Shown piece after piece: positions 44,321-54,821 of a stretch of 64,000 bases of DNA (positions are counted from its first letter, which is position 1; the number at the start of each line of letters is the position of its first letter). The translations under genes were made by a program, and so were the position numbers. Source of the DNA: a virus. The notes under the pieces are model-generated. The model was not told the origin of the DNA. It saw only the letters and a program-made list of their open reading frames with translations, and made no database searches. The stretch is taken from positions 4,743-68,742 of IMG/VR virus record IMGVR_UViG_3300048590_000292; one strand, 5' to 3'.

Positions 44321-46707
44321 TGGCACTGCCGACAAAAAGCGACTTACTTACCGGGAAGTTTTCTGCCGACGGTTCGCCGTTCGTGCAAGTGTCGGCAAAA
44401 GCCGGTATTGATACCAATACCCTTGAATATAGCGCGGACGGTTCGCCATTTTGGGCAGTAGAGGAAACGGGCGGCGGGGCGTCATACACCCTTGTAGCGG
44501 CGGCGGGCGCGTTCACACTTACAGGCATTGCGGCGGCGATAATTAAGGGCGTATTAGTTGCGGCAACGGCGGCAACATTCACGCTATCCGGCCAGGCCGC
44601 AAACCTGAAAAAAGGATATACGCTGCCTTGCTCCGCCGGGTCGTTTACCTTGTCTGGGCAATCCGCCGGATTATCGAACGGCAAAAGTATAACGGCTGGC
44701 GTTGGATCGTTTACGCTCGCCGGAAATGCGGCAACCTTCCGGGTAGGCCGTTCGGTACAAGCCGGAACGGGCGCGTTCACTTTAACAGGCAATTCGGTAT
44801 CGTTCAACAGCGCGGCAATACTTCCCGCCGGATTAGGCACTTTTACCTTAACAGGGAACACAGCAGGCGTTTTTGCGGGGCGAAAGTTATTGGCCGGGGC
44901 CGGGACATTTGCCCTGACCGGCAACGAGGCGAATATTAACAAGGGCCGTACCCTTGTTTGTTCTGTTGTCAATTTCGCGCTGAATGCAGCCGATGTCGGC
45001 CTAAAGGCAGGAAAGGTGCTACCCGCCGGGGTAGGTATATTCACATTATCCGGCCAAAATTCGGCGCTCAAAAAAGGCGCTACCCTTTCGCTTTCGGCGG
45101 GCAGTTTCGCGCTATCTGGGCAAAACGCCAATCTGAATAAGGGGCGAAGTTTGGCAGCCGGGGCGGGTTTATTTTCGCTTACAGGTAATGCGGCCAACCT
45201 AAACAGGGGCCGAACAATAGCAGGCGGAACGGGCGTTTTCATACTGACCGGCAATAGCGCAAACTTCAACAGCGCGGCAATCTTGCCAGGCGGCACCGGG
45301 TCTTTTGTTTTCACCGGCAACGATGCAGGGTTAATGGTAGCGAGGTTGGCCGGGGCCGGTACGGGTGCGTTTGTTCTAACCGGACAAGCCGCAAATCTTA
45401 ACAAGGGGCGCAACATTGCGGGCGGCACAGGATCATTTACGTTATCTGGTATTTCCGCGAACCTGAAAGCGGGAAAATCAATTCAGGCCGCAGTCGGTTC
45501 GTTTAACCTTTCGGGGCAAGCGGCGGTAATACGCAAAACAAACACATTCTCCGCAAACGCGGGCACATTCATACTTACCGGCCAAAGCGCCGGACTTGAA
45601 AAAGGTCAAACCATTGCCGCCGGTGTTGGATCGTTCGTATTGACAGGGCAAGCAGCGGCATTATTGCGCGGGCGAAATATTGCAGCCGGTACCGGGGTAT
45701 TTATCCTTTCGGGGCAGCCTGTCGGGTTCAACGGCGCGGCGATATTATCGGCAGACCCGGCAGCGTACACACTTACGGGCAACAACGCGGGGCTTATCCA
45801 TTCGGCAAAAGTATCCGCCGGGGCAGGTTCTTTCGCGTTGACTGGTAATGACGCGGCCCTCAACAAGGGGCGAAGTATCGCGGCGGGCGTTGGCGTGTTC
45901 AACCTCACGGGGCAAGCCGCCGGGATAAACAAAGGCCGGACAATGACGGCGGGGGCCGGGGCGTACGCGCTATCCGGGCAAAATGCGTTATTTGAGACTA
46001 CCAGGAAAATAACGGCAGGCACCGGCGTATTTACGCTCACCGGAAATTCTGTTTCGTTCAACAGCGAGGCGAATTTGCCCGGCGGTACTGGATCGTTTGC
46101 CCTGACCGGAAACAATGCCGGGTTGAGGACTTCGCGTCTGTTGAGTAGTGGCGTTGGATCGTTCACATTGACGGGTAACGCTGCCAATCTGAATAGGGGC
46201 AAATCAATGCCAGCCGGAACCGGCGCTTTTACATTCACAGGCAACGCGGTCAACTTCTTACGCGGGCGCGTAATGCCTGCCGTATCTGGTACATTCGCTT
46301 TATCGGGCCAATCTGTCGGACTTCGCAAGGCGTCTATTATCGGAATTAATGCCGGGGCGTACACGTTAACAGGCGAGCCGGTAGATTTTAGGATCGGCGG
46401 CGTTTTGGTTGCCGGGCATGGATCGTTTGTTTTTACCGGCAACGCGGCAACATTCCGGGCAACGCGGCAAATGCCGATAACGGCAGGATCATTCGTTATT
46501 ACGGGCAATCCGGCAGGATTATTGAACGGAAATAAGTTGTCAGGCGATACGGGCGCTTTTGTGCTTACGGGCAATCCGGTTACGTTTATTTTAGGCCGCG
46601 AAGTTGCCGCCGGCACGGGCGTATTTGTGTTGACAGGAAACGCGGCGGGGTTGATCTATTCGAGCGATGCGGGGGTGTTTGTGCCGCGTGTAGTTTGGTT
46701 CTATTAA
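44320..46707 (+). CDS. Gly/Ala/Thr-rich tandem repeat protein (about 25-aa units), putative fibre
   Basis: Roughly 29 copies of AG.G.F.LTG..A.L..G. Confidence 0.75.
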   Translation: MALPTKSDLLTGKFSADGSPFVQVSAKAGIDTNTLEYSADGSPFWAVEETGGGASYTLVAAAGAFTLTGIAAAIIKGVLVAATAATFTLSGQAANLKKGYTLPCSAGSFTLSGQSAGLSNGKSITAGVGSFTLAGNAATFRVGRSVQAGTGAFTLTGNSVSFNSAAILPAGLGTFTLTGNTAGVFAGRKLLAGAGTFALTGNEANINKGRTLVCSVVNFALNAADVGLKAGKVLPAGVGIFTLSGQNSALKKGATLSLSAGSFALSGQNANLNKGRSLAAGAGLFSLTGNAANLNRGRTIAGGTGVFILTGNSANFNSAAILPGGTGSFVFTGNDAGLMVARLAGAGTGAFVLTGQAANLNKGRNIAGGTGSFTLSGISANLKAGKSIQAAVGSFNLSGQAAVIRKTNTFSANAGTFILTGQSAGLEKGQTIAAGVGSFVLTGQAAALLRGRNIAAGTGVFILSGQPVGFNGAAILSADPAAYTLTGNNAGLIHSAKVSAGAGSFALTGNDAALNKGRSIAAGVGVFNLTGQAAGINKGRTMTAGAGAYALSGQNALFETTRKITAGTGVFTLTGNSVSFNSEANLPGGTGSFALTGNNAGLRTSRLLSSGVGSFTLTGNAANLNRGKSMPAGTGAFTFTGNAVNFLRGRVMPAVSGTFALSGQSVGLRKASIIGINAGAYTLTGEPVDFRIGGVLVAGHGSFVFTGNAATFRATRQMPITAGSFVITGNPAGLLNGNKLSGDTGAFVLTGNPVTFILGREVAAGTGVFVLTGNAAGLIYSSDAGVFVPRVVWFY

Positions 46708-46726
46708 TTCATACTAAAACAATAAG

Positions 46727-47374
46727 ATGAAACACCTTTTTTTGATTCTCACAGTAATTTTTGCCCTTGCCTTGCCTGACTTTGCCGACGCGCAAAAGGT
46801 CGCATCTACGCATGGCGTGGCCTATTCTACCGCAAACCCGACAACGGCACCAAGTAGCGGACGACCGCATCAACTTTGGCTCAACACCGAAACGGGTATT
46901 TTGTACGCATGGGACAAGTCTGCCAGGGCATGGTATCGGCAGAACAATGACCTTTACGGCGAAATGGGCATTGAACAAGATACCCTTACGCTTGCATTTG
47001 CCGCTGTCACGCCGGACACGGTAGAGGGTTTCACCGCCGGACTATTGCACGGGTTTTCCCTTGGCGGCGACCATTCCCTTATTTACACCGGGGCAAGGCA
47101 GGGGCGTTTTCTGCTTAACTACACGGTGTCTTTCACATTCGCCGAAGCGGGAACCTTAACCTCTTATGTTAAGGTCAACACCGATATTGAATATAAGTCA
47201 CGCCGTCGGCAGATTGTAGCAACCGCCGGGAACGTGGTAACAGTTTCGGGTAGTTGTATTGTAACCCTCGAAACTTCTGACACGGTATCCCTTTGGTTTT
47301 TCCCAACAGCGCACACCGGATCGGATGACCTCACCGTATATGAGGCCAATATTTCGCTTGTTCAACTTCGATAA
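46727..47374 (+). CDS. Signal-peptide protein with a C1q/TNF-like C-terminal domain
   Basis: ADA|Q signal; G.FLLNYTVSF...SGSCIVTL...DTVSLW pattern. Confidence 0.55.
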   Translation: MKHLFLILTVIFALALPDFADAQKVASTHGVAYSTANPTTAPSSGRPHQLWLNTETGILYAWDKSARAWYRQNNDLYGEMGIEQDTLTLAFAAVTPDTVEGFTAGLLHGFSLGGDHSLIYTGARQGRFLLNYTVSFTFAEAGTLTSYVKVNTDIEYKSRRRQIVATAGNVVTVSGSCIVTLETSDTVSLWFFPTAHTGSDDLTVYEANISLVQLR

Positions 47375-47376
47375 TT

Positions 47377-50300
47377 ATGCGTTTTGTTGTCATAGTCATA
47401 TTTATTTTAATGGCGTCTGTCGTAAAGGGACAGACGCCAACTTTTACTTTTCAATGCGTGTGCGACTATCTTACGGCAGCCGATAGCACGTGTGATATTT
47501 GCAACACCACAACGCAAAGCCGGTTTTTCAAAGGTCTGTTGATCTACAAAAACGGCGTGGCGCATAAGTGGATAGAGCAGCCCTACACCATTATTCAGAA
47601 TTTCGATGCGTTGACCTTCAGGGAATTAATACCGGGGGCCGAATCTATCCGCATCGAATTACGCGGCACCGCATTCGATTCTATTGCCCAATTTCGGGAC
47701 AGCGTTCTTTGCCCATGTGCGGGAACCGGCGGGGGCAGGGAATACGTAGCCGGGCCGGGCATCGTGATCGAAGGCGATACTATTTCGGCAGTGGATACGT
47801 CGGCAACAAACGAACTGCAAAACCTGTTCGATACTATTTCCGTTGCCGGACAACAATCCATCGTCCCCAACAGCCAACACACCAAATTAACCCTTATTGA
47901 AGGCGTTGGTGTTACAATCACAACAGACAGTACAGCGCGGGAGTTAACGATAGGGGCCGACACAACACTATTGGCAACCGTAAACGATATTGACGTTATC
48001 ACGCTTGCCGATAGCGCAGAATTGAAAGCCTATACCGGCATTGCCAGGGGCGTGATACTTCGCCAACAGGGCCGCGAAGGAACGTTTACCCGAACGACAA
48101 CAAGCCGGGCGCATGATGGGTATATGGTGTTTGAGGATGCTGCCGGGCGTAAATGGGTACGAATAACGGAAGATGATGTATTGAATGTAAAATGGTTCGG
48201 GGCAATTGGTAACGGGGTGGCGGATGATTACTATGCCATACAGCGGGCTATTGATTATACCATTTACGAGGATACGACTATAAAAAAAGTATTCATCCCG
48301 TCCGGAAATTACTTGGTAAGTCGAACTATCCACATGGGCTACGGTTCGGCCTATTCGTCCGTTTCCCTTGTAGGTGACGGCGCTCCTACTTTCCGGGGGG
48401 AGCAACAATTTAACGGCGCGACAATAACCGTCAACTTTTCCAATGCCCCGGCGCTGAATATTCAGGGGGCGCGACATTCGACGGTAGATAATATAACGCT
48501 CATCGGGCTTAATGAAATAACCGGGTATCTGACAGACACAAGCGCGTCCAATATTTCCAACTGGATTTATTCGGGCCTGGATACAATCGGAGACAACCGT
48601 TACACACCTTACGCGGCAATAACCGTGGATGCCTACGCAGGAACTGCGCCGACACCGGCCTATCCTAATGTACTATTCCCGTCCTATACCGGAATTTCGA
48701 CACAGTATAGCAAGTTGAGTAGTTCGCAGGTGAAAATACGGAACGTCCACATATATAAATTTACCGCCGGGATTGTCGTAAAGCCAAACGCAGATAACAA
48801 CGGCGATTTTGTGCAGATCGAAAAAGCGATTATTGAGCGGGTAGCATACGGCATCAGCGTGGGCAACTCACAGGCGCGTAATACACGTATTTCTGACTGC
48901 TACATTGACGCGCATACATGTATAACGAACAGCAAGCACGGGGCGCAAATCGGGCGCATTTCGGTTATAGAAAACGTCCACTTCGGCGGATACCAGTGGT
49001 TAGACCTCGGAGCGCCCGCATACCTGGAAGGACTTGAAATTAACGATTGCTACGGCGAATCATTCCAGTGGATCGGATCAATTGGCATCGGCACGGTAGG
49101 CGCATTCCCGGCAATCACGTTCAACGGGTGTAAGTTTCAGCCGTCGGCACTGATTAACCGCATATTGACACCAACGGCAAGCCTTACGGGCAACGCTGTT
49201 TATAATTTCAATCACTGCTCTTTTCAGAGCAACCGGATATATCTTTTTGAGAACGACCAAGCCGCATTGATCAATTTCAATCAGTGCAATTTCGGTTCAT
49301 ATCCTGGACTTGGAGAGCCAGGCGACACGGTACAGACATACCACACCCAATATTTCAGGGGGTTCGATTTCATTGTGGCGACCAACCCGACAAGTGTACA
49401 CGTAAAACAATGCCGTTTTCACGAGATAGCAAACAGCGCCGGTGGTGGACTGTACCCGGCAATGAAGGGGGATAATACTGCACTTTCAACAGACCTGAAC
49501 TACGGAAACTTTTGGGCAAAAAACAACCTTGATGGGTCAGATGTGCAATTTGCCGACCTCGGATTTATTTCGACAACAAACACCCTTACGGCGTTCACCG
49601 GCGGGGTTTCGCTGACAGACCGGGCGTTTCAGGGTACATCTTCCAGCAACTTTCAACAGGGCATAGGTACTGGCGATTTACTTCTTTTCCAGTACAACAA
49701 TAACACCCTGCCTGTTGTGGTAACATCGGTTGCCGGATTAGTTATTCAGGGGCAAATAATGTCAGGATACGCATACAATTCAGGCGGGGCGTACACATAC
49801 ATGTTGCAGGACACAAATATCAGTACCGGCCTTGTCAGGCATTTTTCATCCCGCAAGCTACTCAACAAAAAAACGGTATTCGGCGACTTTGTGAGCGGTT
49901 CGCGGATTGTTACGAACGTTTCGTACTTGTTCGATAATAGCGACGCTGCTGACGAGTTACTGGTAAGTACGCCACTACTTAACGCCGACGGCTACCTAAA
50001 TGCAATACCAAGTCCGGTAACCGTGGCGACCTACATAGATTCGCTTATAAGTTCAACCAGTTTCCGAATATCGGCGAACGCGACAAAAACAGGGCGGTAT
50101 GAGATAAGGAACTGCTTTTTGGGGACGAATGATTTGTCTGAACAGGATTTTGTGTATGGAAATGGCACCGCTACGCAGGTGGCTTGGTGGAAAACATCAA
50201 CCACAATTTCAGGCAAAAACGAACTCTGGTTTGACACGCTCAATATCAGACTTGGCATAGGTTATAATGCGCCTGCGACACCGTTACAAATCGGGTCAAA

Positions 50301-52689
50301 CGTAGCCGGGAATGACTACATACAAATGAACAATTCGAGCAGCGGAAACCCGCTTTTGCGAATGTTCAACACCGGAATACAGGACGGGCAAATGACGGTC
50401 AAACAATTCACGCTTGACGCCACCTATCCCGGATTTTCGCTAAACACAAACTTAGAGGTGAATGGCCGTATTCTGACATCGGCTGAATTTGGAGCACCAG
50501 GCCTCAACTCGCTTGGATCGGGAGTATCATACAACCAATCAACACCGGGCGGCGCTTTGCGTTTGCGCCCTGTGTCCGGCGCATCTTCCTATATCAACTT
50601 CGTCGAAAACGGCGTGGCATTTCGCGGTAGTATGGGGTTTGCAAATGGATCGGCTGACTTCACTATGCGGATGGGAGCGCAGAATTTCACAGACGGTACA
50701 GAGCGGTTTCGATTTACCGGGGCGGGTAGATTCGGCATTGCGACAAATAACCCGCAAAGAGCGTTGCACGTTGAAGGAGAGGCCCGTATTTCAGACCTTT
50801 CAACCGACGCGCCCATACAATTTGTCGGAGCCGACGCGGACGGCGATTTAGGCGGCATAACACCCGGGCCAGGAGCTACAATTGTAGCCGGGGTGCTTAC
50901 AATTGCAGATACGAGCGCTACAAATGAGGCCTGGACAATTGACGGGGATGACGCCGATACGGAACTAATAACAACACAGACCGTCAAATTCGAGGGCGCA
51001 GGCACCGTGACAACCGACTACGATCCAGGAACGAATACGCTATTAATTACCGGAACGTCGGCTGCCGGGCTAAACGGCATCTACGGCGACGGCACAGCAA
51101 CGAGCGGAAACGATACGCTACCGCCGGGAGGTGCGACGGTTACAATTCCGGGGCAGTGGCAGCCGCTACAATTCAACGCAAACACGGCAGGCGGGCAAGC
51201 GTGGTCGGCCCTGGTTGTCAACGCGGCTACATGCTCCGACGACCGCGTGACAAAATACCTTGTCGGAAAATCACCGTCTGACAGCCTGGAAATATATGGG
51301 TATGATTGCGCGGCAATTATAAAAGAAACAGGCGGAATATTGACGCTGGAAACAGACCGGGAATTATGGTTAATCGGCGATTCAATTAATGCCACAACAA
51401 TCCCGACGCGAACGGTCTTGCCCTTTTTGGTCGGGCAAACGGCGGCGGGATGGCTGCAAAAAATAGAAGGCACATCAGACGGGCAAGTGCCGGTTTGGGA
51501 TGACACAAATGGATGGTGGGAACTTGGATCGGCGGGCGGTAGTGGCACCGTTACCGGATCGGGCGCAGGCGGACAAATGGCATATTGGGACGGCGCAACG
51601 TCAATTGCCGGGGAAAACAATCATTGGTGGGACGCCACAAACGACCGTCTCGGAATAGGCACCAACGGCGGCGCGGTATCATCCCGCGTTGACGTTACAA
51701 CAAACAGCCTCGGAACAAGTCAAACGACAACATCCGGTTTGGCCGTTGTCAACACCACAGCGGCGGCAGCCGGGGCGCAACAAATAAGCCCGGCAATAAG
51801 GTGGAGCGGGGCAGGATGGAAAACAACGGCAACAGCGGCAAGCCAGGCTGTAGAATTTCGGTCGTATGTCACGCCGGTACAAGGCACAACCGCACCAACG
51901 GGGTATTTGGGATTCGGGTCTGCAATAAACGGATCATGGGCTAACGACCAATTCAATCTCAATTCAGGGGGTGAGGTTGGAATAGGAACAACAACGTTTA
52001 CAGGGTCTGGCGCATTTGCCCGCCTGAATGTAACAGGTGGCAGCGGGGCGGTAGCGCCGTACCTTATCAACGCTTTCACGGCATCATCATCTGGCGGGAC
52101 GGTGTACGCACAAATATCGAACACACAAAGCGCATCAACTACATTTCTATCACTCGGAGAGGCAGCCGACATTAACGCGATTAAGGCAGGGTTACGGCGA
52201 TATGGATCAACACACGCAACGCTGCCCAATCAACTCGACTTGGTTAACGTGGGGAGCGCAGCGGTAACACTTTCAACGAACCTAACCGTTCGCATGACGG
52301 TAGCCGCAGACGGCACCGTACATGCAACAAACAAGTTAGCAGCCGGTTTTGCCTCTACAACTGGCATACATTCCACCTTGCAAACTGCCGGATCATTTGC
52401 CGGGGCAAGGCTGGAGACTGTTACTGCGCCTACATTCGACGCCACAAAACACACGGTTATTTACACCGCATCTACAAACGTATCATGGACGCTTCCATCG
52501 GCAGCATCTTGCGCGTGTGACGGGCGGGTGTATATCCTTCACCATGCCGGAACAGCGGGAACCATAACCCTATCACAGACAATCACAAAAGGAGGCGGCA
52601 CAAACTTCAACACACTTACGGCGGGGCAGTGGGCGTATATTACATACGGCGCCTCTTCTATCCGGGGATACAAAATCATTTCATTATGA
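47377..52689 (+). CDS. Tailspike/fibre-like protein with pectin-lyase beta-helix and N-terminal signal peptide
   Basis: MRFVVIVIFILMASVVKG|Q; LNVKWFGAIGNGVADD..AIQRAID, FIPSGNYLVS; RLGIG fibre repeats. Confidence 0.75.
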   Translation: MRFVVIVIFILMASVVKGQTPTFTFQCVCDYLTAADSTCDICNTTTQSRFFKGLLIYKNGVAHKWIEQPYTIIQNFDALTFRELIPGAESIRIELRGTAFDSIAQFRDSVLCPCAGTGGGREYVAGPGIVIEGDTISAVDTSATNELQNLFDTISVAGQQSIVPNSQHTKLTLIEGVGVTITTDSTARELTIGADTTLLATVNDIDVITLADSAELKAYTGIARGVILRQQGREGTFTRTTTSRAHDGYMVFEDAAGRKWVRITEDDVLNVKWFGAIGNGVADDYYAIQRAIDYTIYEDTTIKKVFIPSGNYLVSRTIHMGYGSAYSSVSLVGDGAPTFRGEQQFNGATITVNFSNAPALNIQGARHSTVDNITLIGLNEITGYLTDTSASNISNWIYSGLDTIGDNRYTPYAAITVDAYAGTAPTPAYPNVLFPSYTGISTQYSKLSSSQVKIRNVHIYKFTAGIVVKPNADNNGDFVQIEKAIIERVAYGISVGNSQARNTRISDCYIDAHTCITNSKHGAQIGRISVIENVHFGGYQWLDLGAPAYLEGLEINDCYGESFQWIGSIGIGTVGAFPAITFNGCKFQPSALINRILTPTASLTGNAVYNFNHCSFQSNRIYLFENDQAALINFNQCNFGSYPGLGEPGDTVQTYHTQYFRGFDFIVATNPTSVHVKQCRFHEIANSAGGGLYPAMKGDNTALSTDLNYGNFWAKNNLDGSDVQFADLGFISTTNTLTAFTGGVSLTDRAFQGTSSSNFQQGIGTGDLLLFQYNNNTLPVVVTSVAGLVIQGQIMSGYAYNSGGAYTYMLQDTNISTGLVRHFSSRKLLNKKTVFGDFVSGSRIVTNVSYLFDNSDAADELLVSTPLLNADGYLNAIPSPVTVATYIDSLISSTSFRISANATKTGRYEIRNCFLGTNDLSEQDFVYGNGTATQVAWWKTSTTISGKNELWFDTLNIRLGIGYNAPATPLQIGSNVAGNDYIQMNNSSSGNPLLRMFNTGIQDGQMTVKQFTLDATYPGFSLNTNLEVNGRILTSAEFGAPGLNSLGSGVSYNQSTPGGALRLRPVSGASSYINFVENGVAFRGSMGFANGSADFTMRMGAQNFTDGTERFRFTGAGRFGIATNNPQRALHVEGEARISDLSTDAPIQFVGADADGDLGGITPGPGATIVAGVLTIADTSATNEAWTIDGDDADTELITTQTVKFEGAGTVTTDYDPGTNTLLITGTSAAGLNGIYGDGTATSGNDTLPPGGATVTIPGQWQPLQFNANTAGGQAWSALVVNAATCSDDRVTKYLVGKSPSDSLEIYGYDCAAIIKETGGILTLETDRELWLIGDSINATTIPTRTVLPFLVGQTAAGWLQKIEGTSDGQVPVWDDTNGWWELGSAGGSGTVTGSGAGGQMAYWDGATSIAGENNHWWDATNDRLGIGTNGGAVSSRVDVTTNSLGTSQTTTSGLAVVNTTAAAAGAQQISPAIRWSGAGWKTTATAASQAVEFRSYVTPVQGTTAPTGYLGFGSAINGSWANDQFNLNSGGEVGIGTTTFTGSGAFARLNVTGGSGAVAPYLINAFTASSSGGTVYAQISNTQSASTTFLSLGEAADINAIKAGLRRYGSTHATLPNQLDLVNVGSAAVTLSTNLTVRMTVAADGTVHATNKLAAGFASTTGIHSTLQTAGSFAGARLETVTAPTFDATKHTVIYTASTNVSWTLPSAASCACDGRVYILHHAGTAGTITLSQTITKGGGTNFNTLTAGQWAYITYGASSIRGYKIISL

Positions 52690-53165
52690 GGATTATACTA
52701 TTCATACTGCTATTGCTGCCGGTTTTTGCAAAGGCGCAGGTATCCGATTTCGCTATATCGGATTCGATTTGGTTCACCCTTGATACCCTCGGATACGATA
52801 GCCTTATTCAGGTTACGGATTCTTTCTACGGCGACGACAGCGCAACCGTTTACACGGCAGTTTTTCAGTTGTCCGGCGCATCTTTCAAGGGCTTGTCAGA
52901 CAGTGCGCACCCGCAAATATTTGCATTTGGTGACCCTGACTTAACAAAGTGCTGGTTTTTGCGAGAGGTGGCAAACTGGATACAGGGCAACACCGGAACA
53001 AATTACGGTAGTATCGATTTAATCGACTTTGGCGGGGGCCGAAAATGCACCATAACCGTATCGGGTGACACATGGGAAGGGCAAGCCTTAGACGACACAA
53101 ACGCCCTTGCACGGGCATGGTTTCAATTTCTCATAGACCCAGACTTTTTAACATACATACAATGA
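52686..53165 (+). CDS. Exported hypothetical protein
   Basis: MRIILFILLLLPVFAKA|Q. Confidence 0.7.
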   Translation: MRIILFILLLLPVFAKAQVSDFAISDSIWFTLDTLGYDSLIQVTDSFYGDDSATVYTAVFQLSGASFKGLSDSAHPQIFAFGDPDLTKCWFLREVANWIQGNTGTNYGSIDLIDFGGGRKCTITVSGDTWEGQALDDTNALARAWFQFLIDPDFLTYIQ

Positions 53166-53689
53166 GACAACTACTATTTTTATTGCTGCTTTTTGCCGCC
53201 AACCTTTCGGCGCAAAAAGCCGTGAAGTACGAAATTGATTTTATTGCGGCGGATTCGTTCTACCTGGTTGAGCGGGCCGTGACAGGCGCAAAGACAAGGC
53301 CCGACACGTTGAACACGCACACGCTGTTCACAGATACAACAGCGTATAAGTTGTACGTCGATCAACTTGAACGCGATTACAAGCGGGCCGAAAAGGAATA
53401 TACGAGATTGAAAGCAGAGGCCGACAGCCTGGATAGTCGCGTGAAACGCCTGACCCAATTGGGCAAAAACAAATTGGGCATCGAAGGACTGACAAAGCCA
53501 GGCAAAGACAACCGAAACGCATCAGCGCCAACACCGGCAACGCCTGTCGGATTTTGGGTTTTGTACCCGACCAAATCCGCAAAGGTTGAGTTTGTCACAG
53601 ACCCGGCAAAAATCAAAAAAAATGCCTTAATTTTGAGGCCGGACGGCAGCACAACAGAACAAAAAGCGCCGCCTAAAAAGAAGCAATGA
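53162..53689 (+). CDS. Exported coiled-coil protein
   Basis: MRQLLFLLLLFAANLSA|Q. Confidence 0.7.
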   Translation: MRQLLFLLLLFAANLSAQKAVKYEIDFIAADSFYLVERAVTGAKTRPDTLNTHTLFTDTTAYKLYVDQLERDYKRAEKEYTRLKAEADSLDSRVKRLTQLGKNKLGIEGLTKPGKDNRNASAPTPATPVGFWVLYPTKSAKVEFVTDPAKIKKNALILRPDGSTTEQKAPPKKKQ

Positions 53690-54087
53690 GGATACTGCTA
53701 TTATTGATTTTCCCGGCGCTATGCACAGGACAGGCCCGGCAGATTTCATTCGGCGTTAAGGTTGACACAACGGGCGTTTACTTTATCACGCAATTGGTAA
53801 CGGTTGTAAATGACACTACACGCACAACAGCGGACGCTATTCGATTTGAAAGCGCGGCAGCAGCCATTCCGGTTGTTCAATCCACTATTGCCGCCGTTCA
53901 ACGCGACAGCGCCGAAATACAGGCCATGTACCGCAATACGATGCGGCAATTGATTGAACTACGGCAGGGGCTTTCCGCATTGCAACCACAGGCACAACAG
54001 CAAACAACGCCGTTAACGGCAGAGCAGGAGTTGGCACGACTACGGGAAGAAAACGAACGATTGAAGCGAGCGCAAAAAAAAGAGTAG
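53686..54087 (+). CDS. Exported coiled-coil protein
   Basis: MRILLLLIFPALCTG|Q. Confidence 0.7.
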   Translation: MRILLLLIFPALCTGQARQISFGVKVDTTGVYFITQLVTVVNDTTRTTADAIRFESAAAAIPVVQSTIAAVQRDSAEIQAMYRNTMRQLIELRQGLSALQPQAQQQTTPLTAEQELARLREENERLKRAQKKE

Positions 54088-54129
54088 AAAAACACAAAAC
54101 GGCATGATTTTTCTTTGTTATGAAGGAAA

Positions 54130-54486
54130 ATGTATGCCGTGGAAAACAAAAACCCTGTTATGACGGAGTTTTGGCAAGGATTTGCCGCGTTTATTAAATC
54201 GTTCTGGAATCAGGCCGCACGGCAGGGTTTTTCGATCATGCTATTGATAATCACGAACGTCGGGTTCATTTTGTGGATTGACCGCCTGAATAACGATATG
54301 CTAAAAATGCGGGCAGAGCACCGGGTTGAAATTATGGAAATAAGGAACGAATACCGGGGGGATATTCAACGCTTGCGCGTGGTCATCGATTCACTGAAAA
54401 CCGGGTTAGATGATTGCAATGAGGCGCGTATCAGGTTAGAATCACAAAACGCGACATTGCTTGCGTTTATGAAACAGAAACGTTAA
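54130..54486 (+). CDS. Membrane-anchored coiled-coil lysis protein (holin- or spanin-like)
   Basis: One TM followed by a coiled coil; next to the holin-like gene. Confidence 0.5.
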   Translation: MYAVENKNPVMTEFWQGFAAFIKSFWNQAARQGFSIMLLIITNVGFILWIDRLNNDMLKMRAEHRVEIMEIRNEYRGDIQRLRVVIDSLKTGLDDCNEARIRLESQNATLLAFMKQKR

Positions 54487-54506
54487 ACATTAAAAAAACT
54501 CATATT

Positions 54507-54764
54507 ATGGATTTTTTGATCAAATTTCTTGCTCAAATCTTTTCGGGGTTCAAACTAAAAAGCCCGTTGGCCGCATCGGTCGTTTTGTTTGCGCTTGGCG
54601 TGATTCTGAACGGCGTTACACAGGGGACGTTTTACGGACTGTTTGTTTTGCCTGAATGGGCAAATGAAGTGGTACGTTATGTTACCATGTTTTTGCTTGC
54701 GGTAACGGGGTCGCAAACATTCCAGTACACAAACCCCGAACAAGCGGTAATAACCACAAAGTAA
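54507..54764 (+). CDS. Holin-like protein
   Basis: 85 aa with two TM segments; last gene of the late operon. Confidence 0.55.
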   Translation: MDFLIKFLAQIFSGFKLKSPLAASVVLFALGVILNGVTQGTFYGLFVLPEWANEVVRYVTMFLLAVTGSQTFQYTNPEQAVITTK

Positions 54765-54788
54765 AAATCATTATTGCTTCGTTTTTCT

Positions 54789-54821
54789 GCCCCTTCGGTT
54801 ATGCCGTAGGGGCTTTTTTTA
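54789..54821 (+). terminator. Terminator between the convergent late operon and endolysin
   Basis: gcccc ttcgg ttatg ccgta ggggc followed by T8. Confidence 0.65.

Noticed and set aside
44271-46616. Long minus-strand ORFs (385 and 336 aa)
   Set aside because: Antisense shadows of the Gly/Ala repeat gene; similar shadows lie opposite the tape measure and capsid genes.
41757-52689. Diversity-generating retroelement targeting fibre genes
   Set aside because: No reverse transcriptase motif and no template/variable repeat pair differing at adenines was seen.
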